Source: Actinobacteria bacterium UBA959
Lineage (GTDB): Bacteria; Actinomycetota; Actinomycetes; S36-B12; UBA5976
Assembly: GCA_002293025.1 (NCBI GenBank)
Contig: DBCL01000002.1
Location: 57,893 to 121,892, forward strand
Length of the DNA stretch: 64,000 nt
Reading direction: 5' to 3'
Each line of letters begins with the position of its first letter. The first letter of the stretch is position 1. A program made the position numbers and the translations under genes. The notes beneath the pieces were generated by a model. It searched no databases, was not told the DNA's origin, and saw only the letters and a program-made list of their open reading frames with translations. Below, one piece after another: positions 43,155-54,056 of this stretch.

Positions 43155-43183
43155 TTGACTAACTTTTGAACAAGTTGTAAATT
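43155..43183 (+). promoter_or_regulatory. predicted sigma70-type promoter of whiB with a dyad in the spacer
   Basis: TTGACT (43155-43160), 17-nt spacer, TAAATT (43178-43183). GAGGAG RBS at 43191-43196, ATG at 43205. The spacer contains AACTT-N6-AAGTT (43161-43176). Confidence 0.5.
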
Positions 43184-43204
43184 ACTCAACGAGAGGAGCC
43201 CCAA

Positions 43205-43507
43205 ATGGCTGATTTAACCCGTCTTCCTGGTCCGAACGCTGATCTATGGGATTGGCAGTTACATGGCGCCTGTCGAGGCGAGGATCCAGAGATCTTCTTC
43301 CACCCTGAGGGCGAACGTGGCCCTTCACGAGTAGCCAGAGATAACGCTGCGAAAGCGATCTGCGCTACCTGTCCTGTTCTGCGGCAATGCGCAGCTCATG
43401 CCCTATCGGTTAAGGAGCCTTATGGGGTCTGGGGCGGCCTAACCGAAGAAGAGCGCGAAGCTCTTTACACCAGAGAACGAACTACGAATTATCAGTTAGT
43501 CGGATAA
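43205..43507 (+). CDS. whiB: WhiB-family [4Fe-4S] transcription factor (WhiB3/WhiD-like by synteny)
   Basis: Four Cys (GACRGE..., CATCPVLRQC) and the G(V/I)WGG turn YGVWGG. It lies next to groEL1-groES-tsaD, like Mtb whiB3 and Streptomyces whiD (from memory). Confidence 0.88.
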   Translation: MADLTRLPGPNADLWDWQLHGACRGEDPEIFFHPEGERGPSRVARDNAAKAICATCPVLRQCAAHALSVKEPYGVWGGLTEEEREALYTRERTTNYQLVG

Positions 43508-43587
43508 AAGTCTTTCGGTGGCCGCGCCCCCACGTTTTATGCTGGCCGCCGATTTCAACGTGATTAGTCACGTTGACTCTCCAAGAG

Positions 43588-43626
43588 AAAAGGCCTGCGA
43601 GTATCTCGCAGGCCTTTTCTTTATTT
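43588..43626. terminator. bidirectional intrinsic terminator between whiB and groEL
   Basis: aaaaggcctgcgag / ctcgcaggcctttt inverted repeat (43588-43618) followed by a T-rich tail. Confidence 0.8.
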
Positions 43627-43636
43627 GAATATTTCT

Positions 43637-45343
<1,707 letters not shown>

Positions 45344-45643
45344 TTACTTGTTTATAACAGCGAGCACATCACGGGCTGAAAGCAATAGGTAATCAGTTCC
45401 ACCATGACTTACTTCAGTGCCGCCATATTTAGAAAAGAGAACTACATCACCAACTTTTACATCTACTGGGATGCGCTTCTCGCCATCTTCATCAAAACGG
45501 CCTGGGCCAACTGCTACCACTTTGCCTTCTTGAGGCTTTTCTTTAGCGGTGTCTGGAATTACCAAACCGCTTGCTGTTGTTTGTTCAGCGTCTAGCGGCT
45601 GAACAAGGATTCGGTCCTCTAGGGGACGGATGCTGACCGACAC
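45344..45643 (-). CDS. groES: co-chaperonin GroES
   Basis: GTG 45643 with GGAGG 7 nt upstream gives [15 protein letters not shown]... (99 aa). The longer ORF-track start would run through the CIRCE operator. Confidence 0.92.
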   Translation of the reverse strand: MSVSIRPLEDRILVQPLDAEQTTASGLVIPDTAKEKPQEGKVVAVGPGRFDEDGEKRIPVDVKVGDVVLFSKYGGTEVSHGGTDYLLLSARDVLAVINK

Positions 45644-45678
45644 GGTCGGACCTCCGATATTTCTCGATTGGATAGTTT

Positions 45679-45705
45679 TTAGCAGCCGCGGGGTGCGAGT
45701 GCTAA
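45679..45705 (-). promoter_or_regulatory. CIRCE (HrcA operator), promoter-proximal copy, 2 mismatches
   Basis: TTAGCAGCC-N9-GAGTGCTAA compared with the consensus TTAGCACTC-N9-GAGTGCTAA. Confidence 0.8.
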
Positions 45706-45710
45706 GGCCA

Positions 45711-45738
45711 AGGGTACTAGGGCTTAGCACTCAGTCAA
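45711..45738 (-). promoter_or_regulatory. candidate groES promoter nested between and within the CIRCE copies
   Basis: On the minus strand: TTGACT (45738-45733, inside the spacer of the distal CIRCE), 16-nt spacer, TACCCT (45716-45711). Confidence 0.4.
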
Positions 45739-45750
45739 CTCGAGTGCTAA
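45724..45750 (-). promoter_or_regulatory. CIRCE (HrcA operator), perfect copy, overlapping the tsaD stop codon
   Basis: TTAGCACTC-AGTCAACTC-GAGTGCTAA, a perfect match to the consensus inverted repeat. Confidence 0.9.
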
Positions 45751-46757
45751 GGCTGCCTCGTGGCTGGCCTGCCAGCACTCATTCGAAGTGATCCCAGGGC
45801 TGCCACCATGGCCCCGTTATCGGTACAAAGCTTGCGTGGCGGAACGCGCAGGGTGATCCCCTGGGCTTGGGCACGCTCTTGGGCTAACGCTCGAAGTCTT
45901 GAGTTTGCCGCAACTCCACCGCCCAGCAATAGGACCTCTACCCCTCGCTCATGACAGGCATCAATGGCCTTGCTGGTTAAGACATCCACCACAGCCTCTT
46001 GAAAAGAGGCGGCGACATCTGGCACTGAAATCTCAATACCTTCTTTTTCCTTAGTTTCAATCCAGCGTGCAACAGAGGTTTTTAACCCAGAGAAGGAGAA
46101 ATCAAATCTATGTTCTACTAGATCATGCGGTGCAGTCAGACCTCGTGGAAATCTAACAAATTCACTATTGCCTTCAGTGGCAAGCCTGTCGATGTGTGGC
46201 CCCCCTGGGAAGGGCAGGCCCAGAAGTCTGGCAATTTTGTCATAGGCCTCACCAGCAGCATCATCCATTGAAGTGCCAAGTATTTCAGCACCAATAGTTA
46301 TGTCTTCCACAAACATTAAGGAGGTGTGTCCACCCGAAACTAATAATGCAACAGCTGGTTCAGTTAATAAACCATTTTCTAATACATCAACTGCAATGTG
46401 ACTATCTAGGTGGTCAACATGATGTAACGGGATTCCTAAGCCAGCAGCTAAACCTTCAGCTGCTGCAACTCCCACTAATAGCGCCCCGACTAATCCTGGT
46501 TGACGAGTGACAGCAATTGCATCTAAATCACTTAGTTTTATCTTGGCTTCAGCGAGTGCTCGCTCCAATGTTGGCAACATAGCTTCTACGTGTGCTCTTG
46601 AGGCAATCTCAGGAATAAACCCACCAAATCGTGCGTGTAAATCAACGCTAGTTGCCAACGAATCAGCCAAGAGATCAATTCCTCGAACAATTCCCACCCC
46701 AGTTTCATCACATGAGGTTTCGATACCTAGCACTAGTGGCTCATTCATCAGCATCAT
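45747..46757 (-). CDS. tsaD: tRNA N6-adenosine threonylcarbamoyltransferase
   Basis: Motifs [11 protein letters not shown] and SGGHT, plus the C-terminal [10 protein letters not shown]. Confidence 0.93.
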   Translation of the reverse strand: MMLMNEPLVLGIETSCDETGVGIVRGIDLLADSLATSVDLHARFGGFIPEIASRAHVEAMLPTLERALAEAKIKLSDLDAIAVTRQPGLVGALLVGVAAAEGLAAGLGIPLHHVDHLDSHIAVDVLENGLLTEPAVALLVSGGHTSLMFVEDITIGAEILGTSMDDAAGEAYDKIARLLGLPFPGGPHIDRLATEGNSEFVRFPRGLTAPHDLVEHRFDFSFSGLKTSVARWIETKEKEGIEISVPDVAASFQEAVVDVLTSKAIDACHERGVEVLLLGGGVAANSRLRALAQERAQAQGITLRVPPRKLCTDNGAMVAALGSLRMSAGRPATRQP

Positions 46758-47202
46758 CTTTCAAATCCAATACCATTGTTTGAGCATTCTTCCCAGGCCC
46801 GTAGTAATTCAATCTAATTGTTAGGTTCTGGAATCCTAGTTTTTGATACATAGAAATTGCTGGGGAATTATTGACTTCTACTTCCAAGAAAACTTTTTTA
46901 ATTCCATGCTTACTCAAAAAGTTAAGAGCAGTAATTATCAGTTGCTCTCCATAGCCCTTTCGTTGGCTCTCAGTGGTTATTGCAATTGTTTGAATGTCTG
47001 CATTTTCACCAACATAGGCCACACCTATGTAGCCGATAATTTGAGAATTGCTCTCAAGTACTTGATACCAACGACTTTGCCCTAATCTAGAAAGCTCATC
47101 CTCATACATCTTGCGAGACCAAGCGGTTTGTCCAAATAGATGCTCTTCGATTTGGAGCACTTGTTCAAGGTCTAGTTGAGTCATCTCTCTCAATGAATTC
47201 AT
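46741..47202 (-). CDS. rimI: ribosomal-protein-alanine N-acetyltransferase (GNAT)
   Basis: GNAT acetyl-CoA motif QRKGYGEQL. It sits between tsaB and tsaD. Confidence 0.85.
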   Translation of the reverse strand: MNSLREMTQLDLEQVLQIEEHLFGQTAWSRKMYEDELSRLGQSRWYQVLESNSQIIGYIGVAYVGENADIQTIAITTESQRKGYGEQLIITALNFLSKHGIKKVFLEVEVNNSPAISMYQKLGFQNLTIRLNYYGPGKNAQTMVLDLKDDADE

Positions 47203-47888
47203 AATTTAGTTGGCTCCACCACATCTGGTCTGCGCAGATAGATTGGCAGGGGTGGCAACAAAATTCCCACTTCCTTGGGTAGGGCACCTTTTCCATCACT
47301 GGCTGCAGCAAATTCATTTGGAACCAACTGAGCAACTTTTTCACCAGCCATTACTGCATGGTTTACAAGCATCCCTAATCGTCCAGCAGAAACTGTGATT
47401 GTCTTTCCATTAAGAAACTTATCTGGATACACATCAATTGCATCACCAACAAAAGTGTCAGCCAACGTTGCAGCCAAGTCTGGCTTGATCACTATGGGAG
47501 ATTCGAGTCTTTTACCGTTTAGATAGTTAGAGAAATAAACTTCTTTTCGCCTCGCGTCTGTTACGACTGCTCCAGTAAAGTTTGTGGGGGCGATTATGTC
47601 GTGTGTGCAGACACCAAATACTTGGATTGACCTGGCAAAACCAAAAGATTTAGCAAACATCAAACCAACTCTGAGTCCAGTAAACGCACCAGGTCCCACA
47701 CCAACTGCAACAGCAGATACATCAAAAATACTTAGATTGGCTTCGGTGTACAGATGAGAAATTAACTCTGGTAACAGTTCAGCATGCTGCTGTTCAGCAC
47801 CAAAAGATGATTCAGCTCTAACTTTTTGATTTTCAACTAAAGCAACCGAAAGTGTCCGAGTCGATGAATCTATGGCCAGAGTTAGCAT
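47199..47888 (-). CDS. tsaB: tRNA threonylcarbamoyladenosine biosynthesis protein TsaB
   Basis: N-terminus MLTLAIDSST and the motif GPGAFTGLRVG. Confidence 0.88.
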   Translation of the reverse strand: MLTLAIDSSTRTLSVALVENQKVRAESSFGAEQQHAELLPELISHLYTEANLSIFDVSAVAVGVGPGAFTGLRVGLMFAKSFGFARSIQVFGVCTHDIIAPTNFTGAVVTDARRKEVYFSNYLNGKRLESPIVIKPDLAATLADTFVGDAIDVYPDKFLNGKTITVSAGRLGMLVNHAVMAGEKVAQLVPNEFAAASDGKGALPKEVGILLPPLPIYLRRPDVVEPTKL

Positions 47889-47889
47889 C

Positions 47890-48354
47890 TCATGCCTTGA
47901 GGTCTAAAGATCTCGATTGTGGAATTGTGATCGTGACTTCCCTTAGATCATTAGATTCATCACTATCTCTAACAATTTGAATTAACCAATTCTCAGGTGT
48001 CAAACCTTCGATAAGTCCGGAGCCCCACTCAACGACTGTAACCGCACCGTCCAACGATGATTCCAAATCAAGACCATCTACCTCCATAACGCTTGAGAGC
48101 CGATAGGCATCCACATGTACTAACTCTGGCCCATTCACTTGTGACTCATGAACGCGAGCAATCACGAAAGTGGGTGAAGTAACTGACCCTTTTACTTTTA
48201 GTCCTTTTGCGATTCCTTTTGTTAAGGTCGTTTTTCCCGCACCGACTACACCATCAAGAACGATTAGATCTCCAGATTGAAAATTCCGAGCAAGCGCTTC
48301 ACCTAATTCGATCATTTTTGCTGGGTCAACAACTTGTAGCTTTATTTGACTCAT
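47890..48354 (-). CDS. tsaE: tRNA threonylcarbamoyladenosine biosynthesis ATPase TsaE
   Basis: Walker A GVVGAGKTTL, SPTFV, and HVDAYRL. Confidence 0.9.
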   Translation of the reverse strand: MSQIKLQVVDPAKMIELGEALARNFQSGDLIVLDGVVGAGKTTLTKGIAKGLKVKGSVTSPTFVIARVHESQVNGPELVHVDAYRLSSVMEVDGLDLESSLDGAVTVVEWGSGLIEGLTPENWLIQIVRDSDESNDLREVTITIPQSRSLDLKA

Positions 48355-49445
48355 AAATTTAAATACTTCCGTTGCACACGACTGCCAATTCTCACTAAGA
48401 CCTCGTATGAGATTGTTCCAGCAGCTGAAGCTAAATCACACACAGTTGGATGACCCAGACTAGGATCCCCAAAAATTATTACTTCGTCACCTATTTCATC
48501 CTGTGCCGCTGCCTCAATGATGAACTGATCCATGCTAATCGTGCCAAAAGTCCGTCGCTTTTCACCATTAACCCAAACTGTTAGTTTGCCAGAAGCTGTC
48601 CGCGGTATGGCATCTGCATATCCAACAGGAACTAGAGCCAGAGTTGTGTCTTGTTCTGTTTTGGAAGTGTGGTTGTAGCCAACCCCAATTCCTTTGTCGA
48701 CTTGTTTTAGTTGAATAATTGGTGCTGAAACTTTCATTGCTGGTTTTAGATTTGAATTAGGTTTATCACTTGGGTCGATTCCATAAAGTGCTATACCCGC
48801 ACGAACAAAACTGAAGTCTGATACGTCATAGTTAAGGGCTCCCCCAGAATTCGCTAAGTGAAAATTGGGTACTTCTATTCCAAGTTTTTTAATTTGAGTT
48901 TGAATTTCTCTAAAAGTTGCTAGTTGCCCCATGACAACTTCATCATTGCTTGCTTCAGAACTAACCAAGTGAGTAAAGACTCCCTCTAAATTAAACTTAG
49001 GGTTCTGAGAAATTGTCTGGGCGGTTTGTACTGCTTCAGACGGGCTCAAACCGCCACGACTCATTCCAGTATCAATATGTAAATGTACTGTTATCTGCTG
49101 CTCAGTTTGCAGATAAGATAAAAACTCGACTTGCTGCTCATTAAAGATCGCCAAATGAATACCGGAATCAATTGCACATTGGATCATCTCTTCATCCAAT
49201 TGATATAGCCATGCTAGAACTCGAGCTTCTGGTGCAGTGGCTTTAACTTTTTGGGCCTCATCAATTGTGGCAACACCGAACCAATCAATGCCTGCTTTAG
49301 TGCAAATACTCACTACCCCAGCCAGGCCATGCCCATAGGCATTTGCCTTAACAACTGCCATTAGATTTGTTTGGGAAACTTTCTGTAAGTATTCAATATT
49401 TGATCTGATAGCAGCTGCATCCACATAGGCTGTAATTTCACTCAT
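48351..49445 (-). CDS. alr: alanine racemase
   Basis: PLP-Lys motif VVKANAYGHG; 364 aa. Confidence 0.92.
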   Translation of the reverse strand: MSEITAYVDAAAIRSNIEYLQKVSQTNLMAVVKANAYGHGLAGVVSICTKAGIDWFGVATIDEAQKVKATAPEARVLAWLYQLDEEMIQCAIDSGIHLAIFNEQQVEFLSYLQTEQQITVHLHIDTGMSRGGLSPSEAVQTAQTISQNPKFNLEGVFTHLVSSEASNDEVVMGQLATFREIQTQIKKLGIEVPNFHLANSGGALNYDVSDFSFVRAGIALYGIDPSDKPNSNLKPAMKVSAPIIQLKQVDKGIGVGYNHTSKTEQDTTLALVPVGYADAIPRTASGKLTVWVNGEKRRTFGTISMDQFIIEAAAQDEIGDEVIIFGDPSLGHPTVCDLASAAGTISYEVLVRIGSRVQRKYLNL

Positions 49446-49816
49446 TGGTTACCTTCTGCTACCACAAAGGCAATAGCCAGCTCAGCATCATGTGAAATAG
49501 ATAGGTGCCATTTCGAAATTCCAAGAGAGTTAGCAACTTCTAATATTGAGTCTTTGATATTTACTTCCGGTTTCCCAGATGCCGCATGCGAAATCTCACA
49601 ATGATGCCAATTAAGCCCAGGAGGTGCTCCTAATGCTTTTGCAATTGCTTCCTTAGCTGCAAAGATTCCAGCTAAGGAAGTGGTAGATCTTGGATTGCCA
49701 GATGACAGTAGCAATTCCTGAGCGGTAAATACGCGATCCTTGAACTTTTCAGTTCTTTGTAAAACACCTTCAAACCGCGGAATACTTACAACGTCAGTCC
49801 CAACAGAGATAATCAT
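49442..49816 (-). CDS. acpS: holo-[acyl-carrier-protein] synthase
   Basis: 124 aa. GTDVVSIPRF and FAAKEAIAKA motifs, with a SISHD-type C-terminus. Confidence 0.88.
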   Translation of the reverse strand: MIISVGTDVVSIPRFEGVLQRTEKFKDRVFTAQELLLSSGNPRSTTSLAGIFAAKEAIAKALGAPPGLNWHHCEISHAASGKPEVNIKDSILEVANSLGISKWHLSISHDAELAIAFVVAEGNQ

Positions 49817-49822
49817 TCAATA

Positions 49823-51673
49823 TCACTCAACCGTTACAGACTTAGCCAGATTTCTAGGTTGATCAACATCGTGACCACGTGCTGTTGCCATCTCACATGC
49901 AAACACTTGAAGAGGCACAGTGCTAACAATTGGCTGTAAGAATGGATTTAAATGAGGGACACGAACTATGTGACTTGCAAACTCATCCACTATTTGATCA
50001 TCTTCAACTGCAATGGCCAGTATTAAGGCGCCACGGGCTCTAACTTCTTGTATATTTGAGATGATCTTCTCGTGTAATACTGGTTGTTGAGTTGGTGATG
50101 GCACGACCACTACGACTAATAAACCTTCTTCAATCAAGGCGATTGGACCATGTTTTAACTCACCTGCGGGAAATCCTTCAGCGTGCATATAGGCCAATTC
50201 TTTTAACTTCAAGGCACCCTCAAGGGCAACTCCATAACCCACACCTCGCCCTAGAAACAAAACGCTCTTATTATTTGCAAACTTTCTTGCGAGCCCTCTT
50301 ACCTCTTCAATGGTATCCAGTACCAGATCAACTTCTGCTGGAAGTGAAGCTAGTAAAATCAGAAGTTCCTGGATCTTTACTGTGGAAATAGTTTTCTTTA
50401 GTTGAGCTAGGTAAAGTCCAACTAGATAGGTAGCCACAATTTGAGTAAGAAATGCTTTTGTTGATGCAACGGCTATTTCAGGCCCAGCGTGAGTGTATAA
50501 AACTGCATCACTTTCTCTTGGGATTGTGGCCCCTTGAGTATTACAAATAGATAAAACACGTGCACCTTGCTCTTTGGCATGCCTTACAGCCATTAACGTA
50601 TCCATGGTTTCACCTGATTGCGAAATTGCAATACATAGAGTTCTGGTAGTTACGACTGGATTTCTATACCTAAACTCACTAGCAAACTCAACAGATGTTG
50701 GAATGCGAGTCCATTCTTCAAATGCATACTTAGCAATTAATCCTGCATGCAGTGCTGTACCACATGCAATAATTAAAATGTTATCAATTTCTATTAGTTC
50801 TTGTTCGGAAATTTTCAATTCATCTAATTTCAAGATGTGATCTATGTTGAGGCGACCTCGTAACGTATCCGCAACTGCTTTAGGTTGTTCAGAAATTTCT
50901 TTTAGCATGAACAAATCAAAACCGCCCTTTTCAGCCGCTGCTGCGTCCCAAGTAACTGTAAATGGTTTTGCCTGAACTACTTCACCATTAAAAGTAGTTA
51001 CTATCACACTGTCTTTTCGCAATTCCACAACTTGGTCTTGGCCAAGCTCCAAAGCATTCTTGGTGTGTGCGATAAATGCCGATACATCGGAAGCTAAAAA
51101 ATTCTCACCAACACCCAAGCCAACTACTAGAGGTGAGTTTCTACGAGCACCCACAATTACATCAGGGCTGTCTGCGTGCACAGCAACGAGAGTGAAGGCT
51201 CCGTGCAGCTTTTGACACACTTCACGCATTGCATCGGCTAAAGAATTTGAACCTGCAGTTAGGCTGTTTGAGAGTAAGTGAGCTACTACTTCCGTGTCTG
51301 TTTCACTATTGAATTTGATTCCACTAGCTGTTAGGTCTTTTCTTAACTGGGAAAAATTCTCAATAATTCCATTGTGAATAATCGCAATTTTGCCTGACTC
51401 ATCTAGGTGAGGGTGAGCATTTAGATCATTTGGTGCTCCATGAGTTGCCCACCTAGTGTGCCCAATACCTAAATTGGAGCTTGGGATACCGGGTTCAGTT
51501 AGTAACTCTTGGAGATTGCCTAATTTGCCAGCTTTTTTGCGAGTGAATAATTCATTTTCAGTCACCAGTGATATTCCAGCGGAGTCATATCCGCGATACT
51601 CCATATGCTTTAAACCAGCGAGCACAACTTCCAAAGCAGACTTCGCACCGATGTAACCAACAATTCCACACAT
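49823..51673 (-). CDS. glmS: glutamine--fructose-6-phosphate aminotransferase
   Basis: N-terminal nucleophile MCGIVGY, two SIS domains, and a C-terminus ending in SVTVE. Confidence 0.95.
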   Translation of the reverse strand: MCGIVGYIGAKSALEVVLAGLKHMEYRGYDSAGISLVTENELFTRKKAGKLGNLQELLTEPGIPSSNLGIGHTRWATHGAPNDLNAHPHLDESGKIAIIHNGIIENFSQLRKDLTASGIKFNSETDTEVVAHLLSNSLTAGSNSLADAMREVCQKLHGAFTLVAVHADSPDVIVGARRNSPLVVGLGVGENFLASDVSAFIAHTKNALELGQDQVVELRKDSVIVTTFNGEVVQAKPFTVTWDAAAAEKGGFDLFMLKEISEQPKAVADTLRGRLNIDHILKLDELKISEQELIEIDNILIIACGTALHAGLIAKYAFEEWTRIPTSVEFASEFRYRNPVVTTRTLCIAISQSGETMDTLMAVRHAKEQGARVLSICNTQGATIPRESDAVLYTHAGPEIAVASTKAFLTQIVATYLVGLYLAQLKKTISTVKIQELLILLASLPAEVDLVLDTIEEVRGLARKFANNKSVLFLGRGVGYGVALEGALKLKELAYMHAEGFPAGELKHGPIALIEEGLLVVVVVPSPTQQPVLHEKIISNIQEVRARGALILAIAVEDDQIVDEFASHIVRVPHLNPFLQPIVSTVPLQVFACEMATARGHDVDQPRNLAKSVTVE

Positions 51674-51682
51674 GTGCTTAGC

Positions 51683-53026
51683 CTAGGCTGGGAGTGCGGC
51701 TACCTCACGCACCACGGCTACTAGTCGCTCAGCTATTGAATTTGCTTGGTCTTGTGTTTTTGCTTCTACCATCACTCTAACTACCGGTTCAGTGCCGGAA
51801 GGCCGAAGCAAGATTCGTCCCTGGGCTCCTAAAAGATCCCGCTGCTCATCAACCGCTTTCAAAATAGCAGGGTGCGAAGCAGCCAGGTTACGATCTACAT
51901 TAGAAACATTAATTAGAACTTGTGGCATTCTCTGCATAACTGCCGCCAACTCACTGAGTGTTCTAGAGGATTGTTTTATGCGTTGCATTAAATGCAACGC
52001 AGTTAAGGTGCCATCTCCCGTTGTTGCACTATCAGCCAAAATCACATGTCCACTTTGTTCTCCACCCAAGTTGTATCCACCTACTTCCATGGCAGACAAA
52101 ACGTGCCGGTCTCCAACTGGGGTTTCGATAAGATTTATTCCATATTCTTTCATTGCGATTCTTAAACCTAGGTTTGACATAACCGTAATTACCATGGTGT
52201 TGTTAATTAATTTTCCAGACTCTTGCATTGCAATAGCTAAGATTGCCAGGATTTGATCACCATCAATTAAATTCCCATCAGCATCAACTGCTAAGCACCG
52301 GTCTGCATCCCCATCATGGGCAATACCTAAATCTGCCCCAACTTTTTTAACTTCGGCGACCAAATCCTGCATGTGAGTAGATCCACAGTTGTCATTAATG
52401 TTAAGGCCGTCTGGTTGACTGTGAATTTCAAATACCGTTGCACCCGCTTGTCGATAGGCATTTGGGGCAGTATTAAAAGCTGCCCCATTTGCAGTATCCA
52501 CAACAACCTTGATTCCATCTAGTCTTGTGTCAAGTGAACCAAGTAAGTGATTTATGTAATTGCTAGTTGCTGCGCTGTTATCTACGATTCTGCCAATTTC
52601 TTTACCAATTGGTGCTGCAAATTCCCCAGTTAGAGCATCCTCGATGGCATCCTCGATTGAATCGGCCAATTTTCGACCACCTGCTGCGAAGAACTTAATT
52701 CCATTATCTGGCATGGGATTGTGACTTGCCGAGATAACGGCACCTAAGTCAGCCTTTAAGGCATCAACTAAGTAGGCGACTTCTGGAGTGGGGGCTATTC
52801 CAACTTTGATCACTGTTGCTCCAGCAGCAGCCATACCAGCCGCCAAAGCATCTTCTAGAAATTCACCACTTGCTCTGGTATCTCGACCGATTATGGCAAC
52901 AGGTTTGTGATCTAGTCCTGCAGCTAAAACTCGAACAGCTGCTGAACCTAATGACAGAGTTAATTCTGCGGTTAGATCCTTGTTGGCAACACCACGAACA
53001 CCGTCGGTGCCGAACAACCTCGACAA
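51683..53026 (-). CDS. glmM: phosphoglucosamine mutase
   Basis: LFGTDGVRG, the phosphoserine loop SASHNP, and RPSGTEP. Confidence 0.94.
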   Translation of the reverse strand: MSRLFGTDGVRGVANKDLTAELTLSLGSAAVRVLAAGLDHKPVAIIGRDTRASGEFLEDALAAGMAAAGATVIKVGIAPTPEVAYLVDALKADLGAVISASHNPMPDNGIKFFAAGGRKLADSIEDAIEDALTGEFAAPIGKEIGRIVDNSAATSNYINHLLGSLDTRLDGIKVVVDTANGAAFNTAPNAYRQAGATVFEIHSQPDGLNINDNCGSTHMQDLVAEVKKVGADLGIAHDGDADRCLAVDADGNLIDGDQILAILAIAMQESGKLINNTMVITVMSNLGLRIAMKEYGINLIETPVGDRHVLSAMEVGGYNLGGEQSGHVILADSATTGDGTLTALHLMQRIKQSSRTLSELAAVMQRMPQVLINVSNVDRNLAASHPAILKAVDEQRDLLGAQGRILLRPSGTEPVVRVMVEAKTQDQANSIAERLVAVVREVAALPA

Positions 53027-53028
53027 GA

Positions 53029-53481
53029 TTAACGCTTGCTGTACTGAGAAGCCTTACGTGCTTTCTTTAGACCATACTTCTTGCGCTCAATCACACGAGC
53101 ATCGCGAGTTAGGAAGCCAGCCTTCTTTAAAGTTGCACGATAGGCATCAAGATCTATTTCATTCAAAGCACGAGCAATGCCTAAACGCAATGCCCCAGCT
53201 TGCCCAGAGATTCCACCACCGTGGATTCTGGCAATAACATCAAACTTACCTTCAGCAGCAAGAATTGTTAGTGGTTCTTTCACTGACTGCTGATGAAGCT
53301 TGTTTGGGAAATAATTTTCGATGGTGCGGCCATTAATCTTGAATACACCAGTTCCTGGAACTAGACGAACTCGAGCAATTGCTTCTTTGCGACGACCAGT
53401 TCCGCCACCTGGCTTTACTGCACCATTTTTAGGAATAGATAAAGATGGAGACTCAGATGATGCTACTAATGTGTCAGTCAC
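53029..53481 (-). CDS. rpsI: 30S ribosomal protein S9
   Basis: [22 protein letters not shown], and a C-terminus ending in KR. Confidence 0.95.
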   Translation of the reverse strand: MTDTLVASSESPSLSIPKNGAVKPGGGTGRRKEAIARVRLVPGTGVFKINGRTIENYFPNKLHQQSVKEPLTILAAEGKFDVIARIHGGGISGQAGALRLGIARALNEIDLDAYRATLKKAGFLTRDARVIERKKYGLKKARKASQYSKR

Positions 53482-53510
53482 TTGAAGTTGCCTTTCTAAA
53501 AACTATGCGC

Positions 53511-53954
53511 TTACTGCGCAACCTGAGAGATTGTGTATGGGGTTGGGTTCTGGGCTGCGTGTGGATGAGTTGATCCTGCGTAAACTTTTAACTTAGTTGA
53601 AATCTGACGACCTAGCTTGTTGTGAGGCAACATTCCATGAATAGCTTTTTCAACTACTCTGCGAGGATTTGTAGCAAGTAAAGTTGTGTAATCAGACTCA
53701 CGCAAACCACCTGGGAAACCAGAGTGACGATAGTCGCGCTTTTGAGTCATCTTTGATCCAGTTAGTGCAACCTTCTCAGCATTGATGATGATTACGAAAT
53801 CACCAGTGTCAACGTGAGGAGCAAATATCGGTTTGTGCTTTCCGCGAAGCAAGATTGCAGCTTGAGAGGCTAACCTTCCCAAGACAACATCGGTGGCATC
53901 AATGACGTGCCAGTTATGTGTAACTTGGCCAGCCTTAGGTGTAAAGGTGCGCAC
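53511..53954 (-). CDS. rplM: 50S ribosomal protein L13
   Basis: WHVIDA..VLGRLAS..A..LRGKHKP. The GTG start is preceded by AGGAG. Confidence 0.95.
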   Translation of the reverse strand: MRTFTPKAGQVTHNWHVIDATDVVLGRLASQAAILLRGKHKPIFAPHVDTGDFVIIINAEKVALTGSKMTQKRDYRHSGFPGGLRESDYTTLLATNPRRVVEKAIHGMLPHNKLGRQISTKLKVYAGSTHPHAAQNPTPYTISQVAQ

Positions 53955-54056
53955 GCGAAACTCCTACTTGCTTATCGGTTTTGGGCTCAACGAGTAGTTC
54001 TAACCCAGCGGTGAAGGATAGCCAGCCTGAATTTGAGGGTCCAAGGCGGGTTCCCC

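Noticed and set aside
45741-45960. Local GC spike at the 3' end of tsaD. Hand counts give about 58-63% GC over three 60-nt lines, against about 40% a few hundred nt away. Similar GC-rich stretches occur in the MerR HTH region (42900-43066) and in whiB. I considered whether these are horizontally acquired patches.
   Set aside because: The GC-rich stretches coincide with Ala/Arg/Gly-rich conserved protein segments of core genes, and synteny is intact. There are no flanking repeats or mobility genes. Amino-acid composition is the simpler explanation.
51674-51682. glmS ribozyme upstream of glmS, and a ZTP (pfl) riboswitch upstream of folD/purH (24495-24506).
   Set aside because: The upstream gaps are only 9 nt and 12 nt, so there is no room for either RNA. 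Both genes are internal to tightly packed operons.
53955-54056. Possible structured L13 (rplM) leader or small RNA in the 102-nt gap upstream of rplM.
   Set aside because: I found only short, weak complementarities and nothing I could support as a conserved structure. It most likely holds the promoter and RBS (AGGAG before the GTG).
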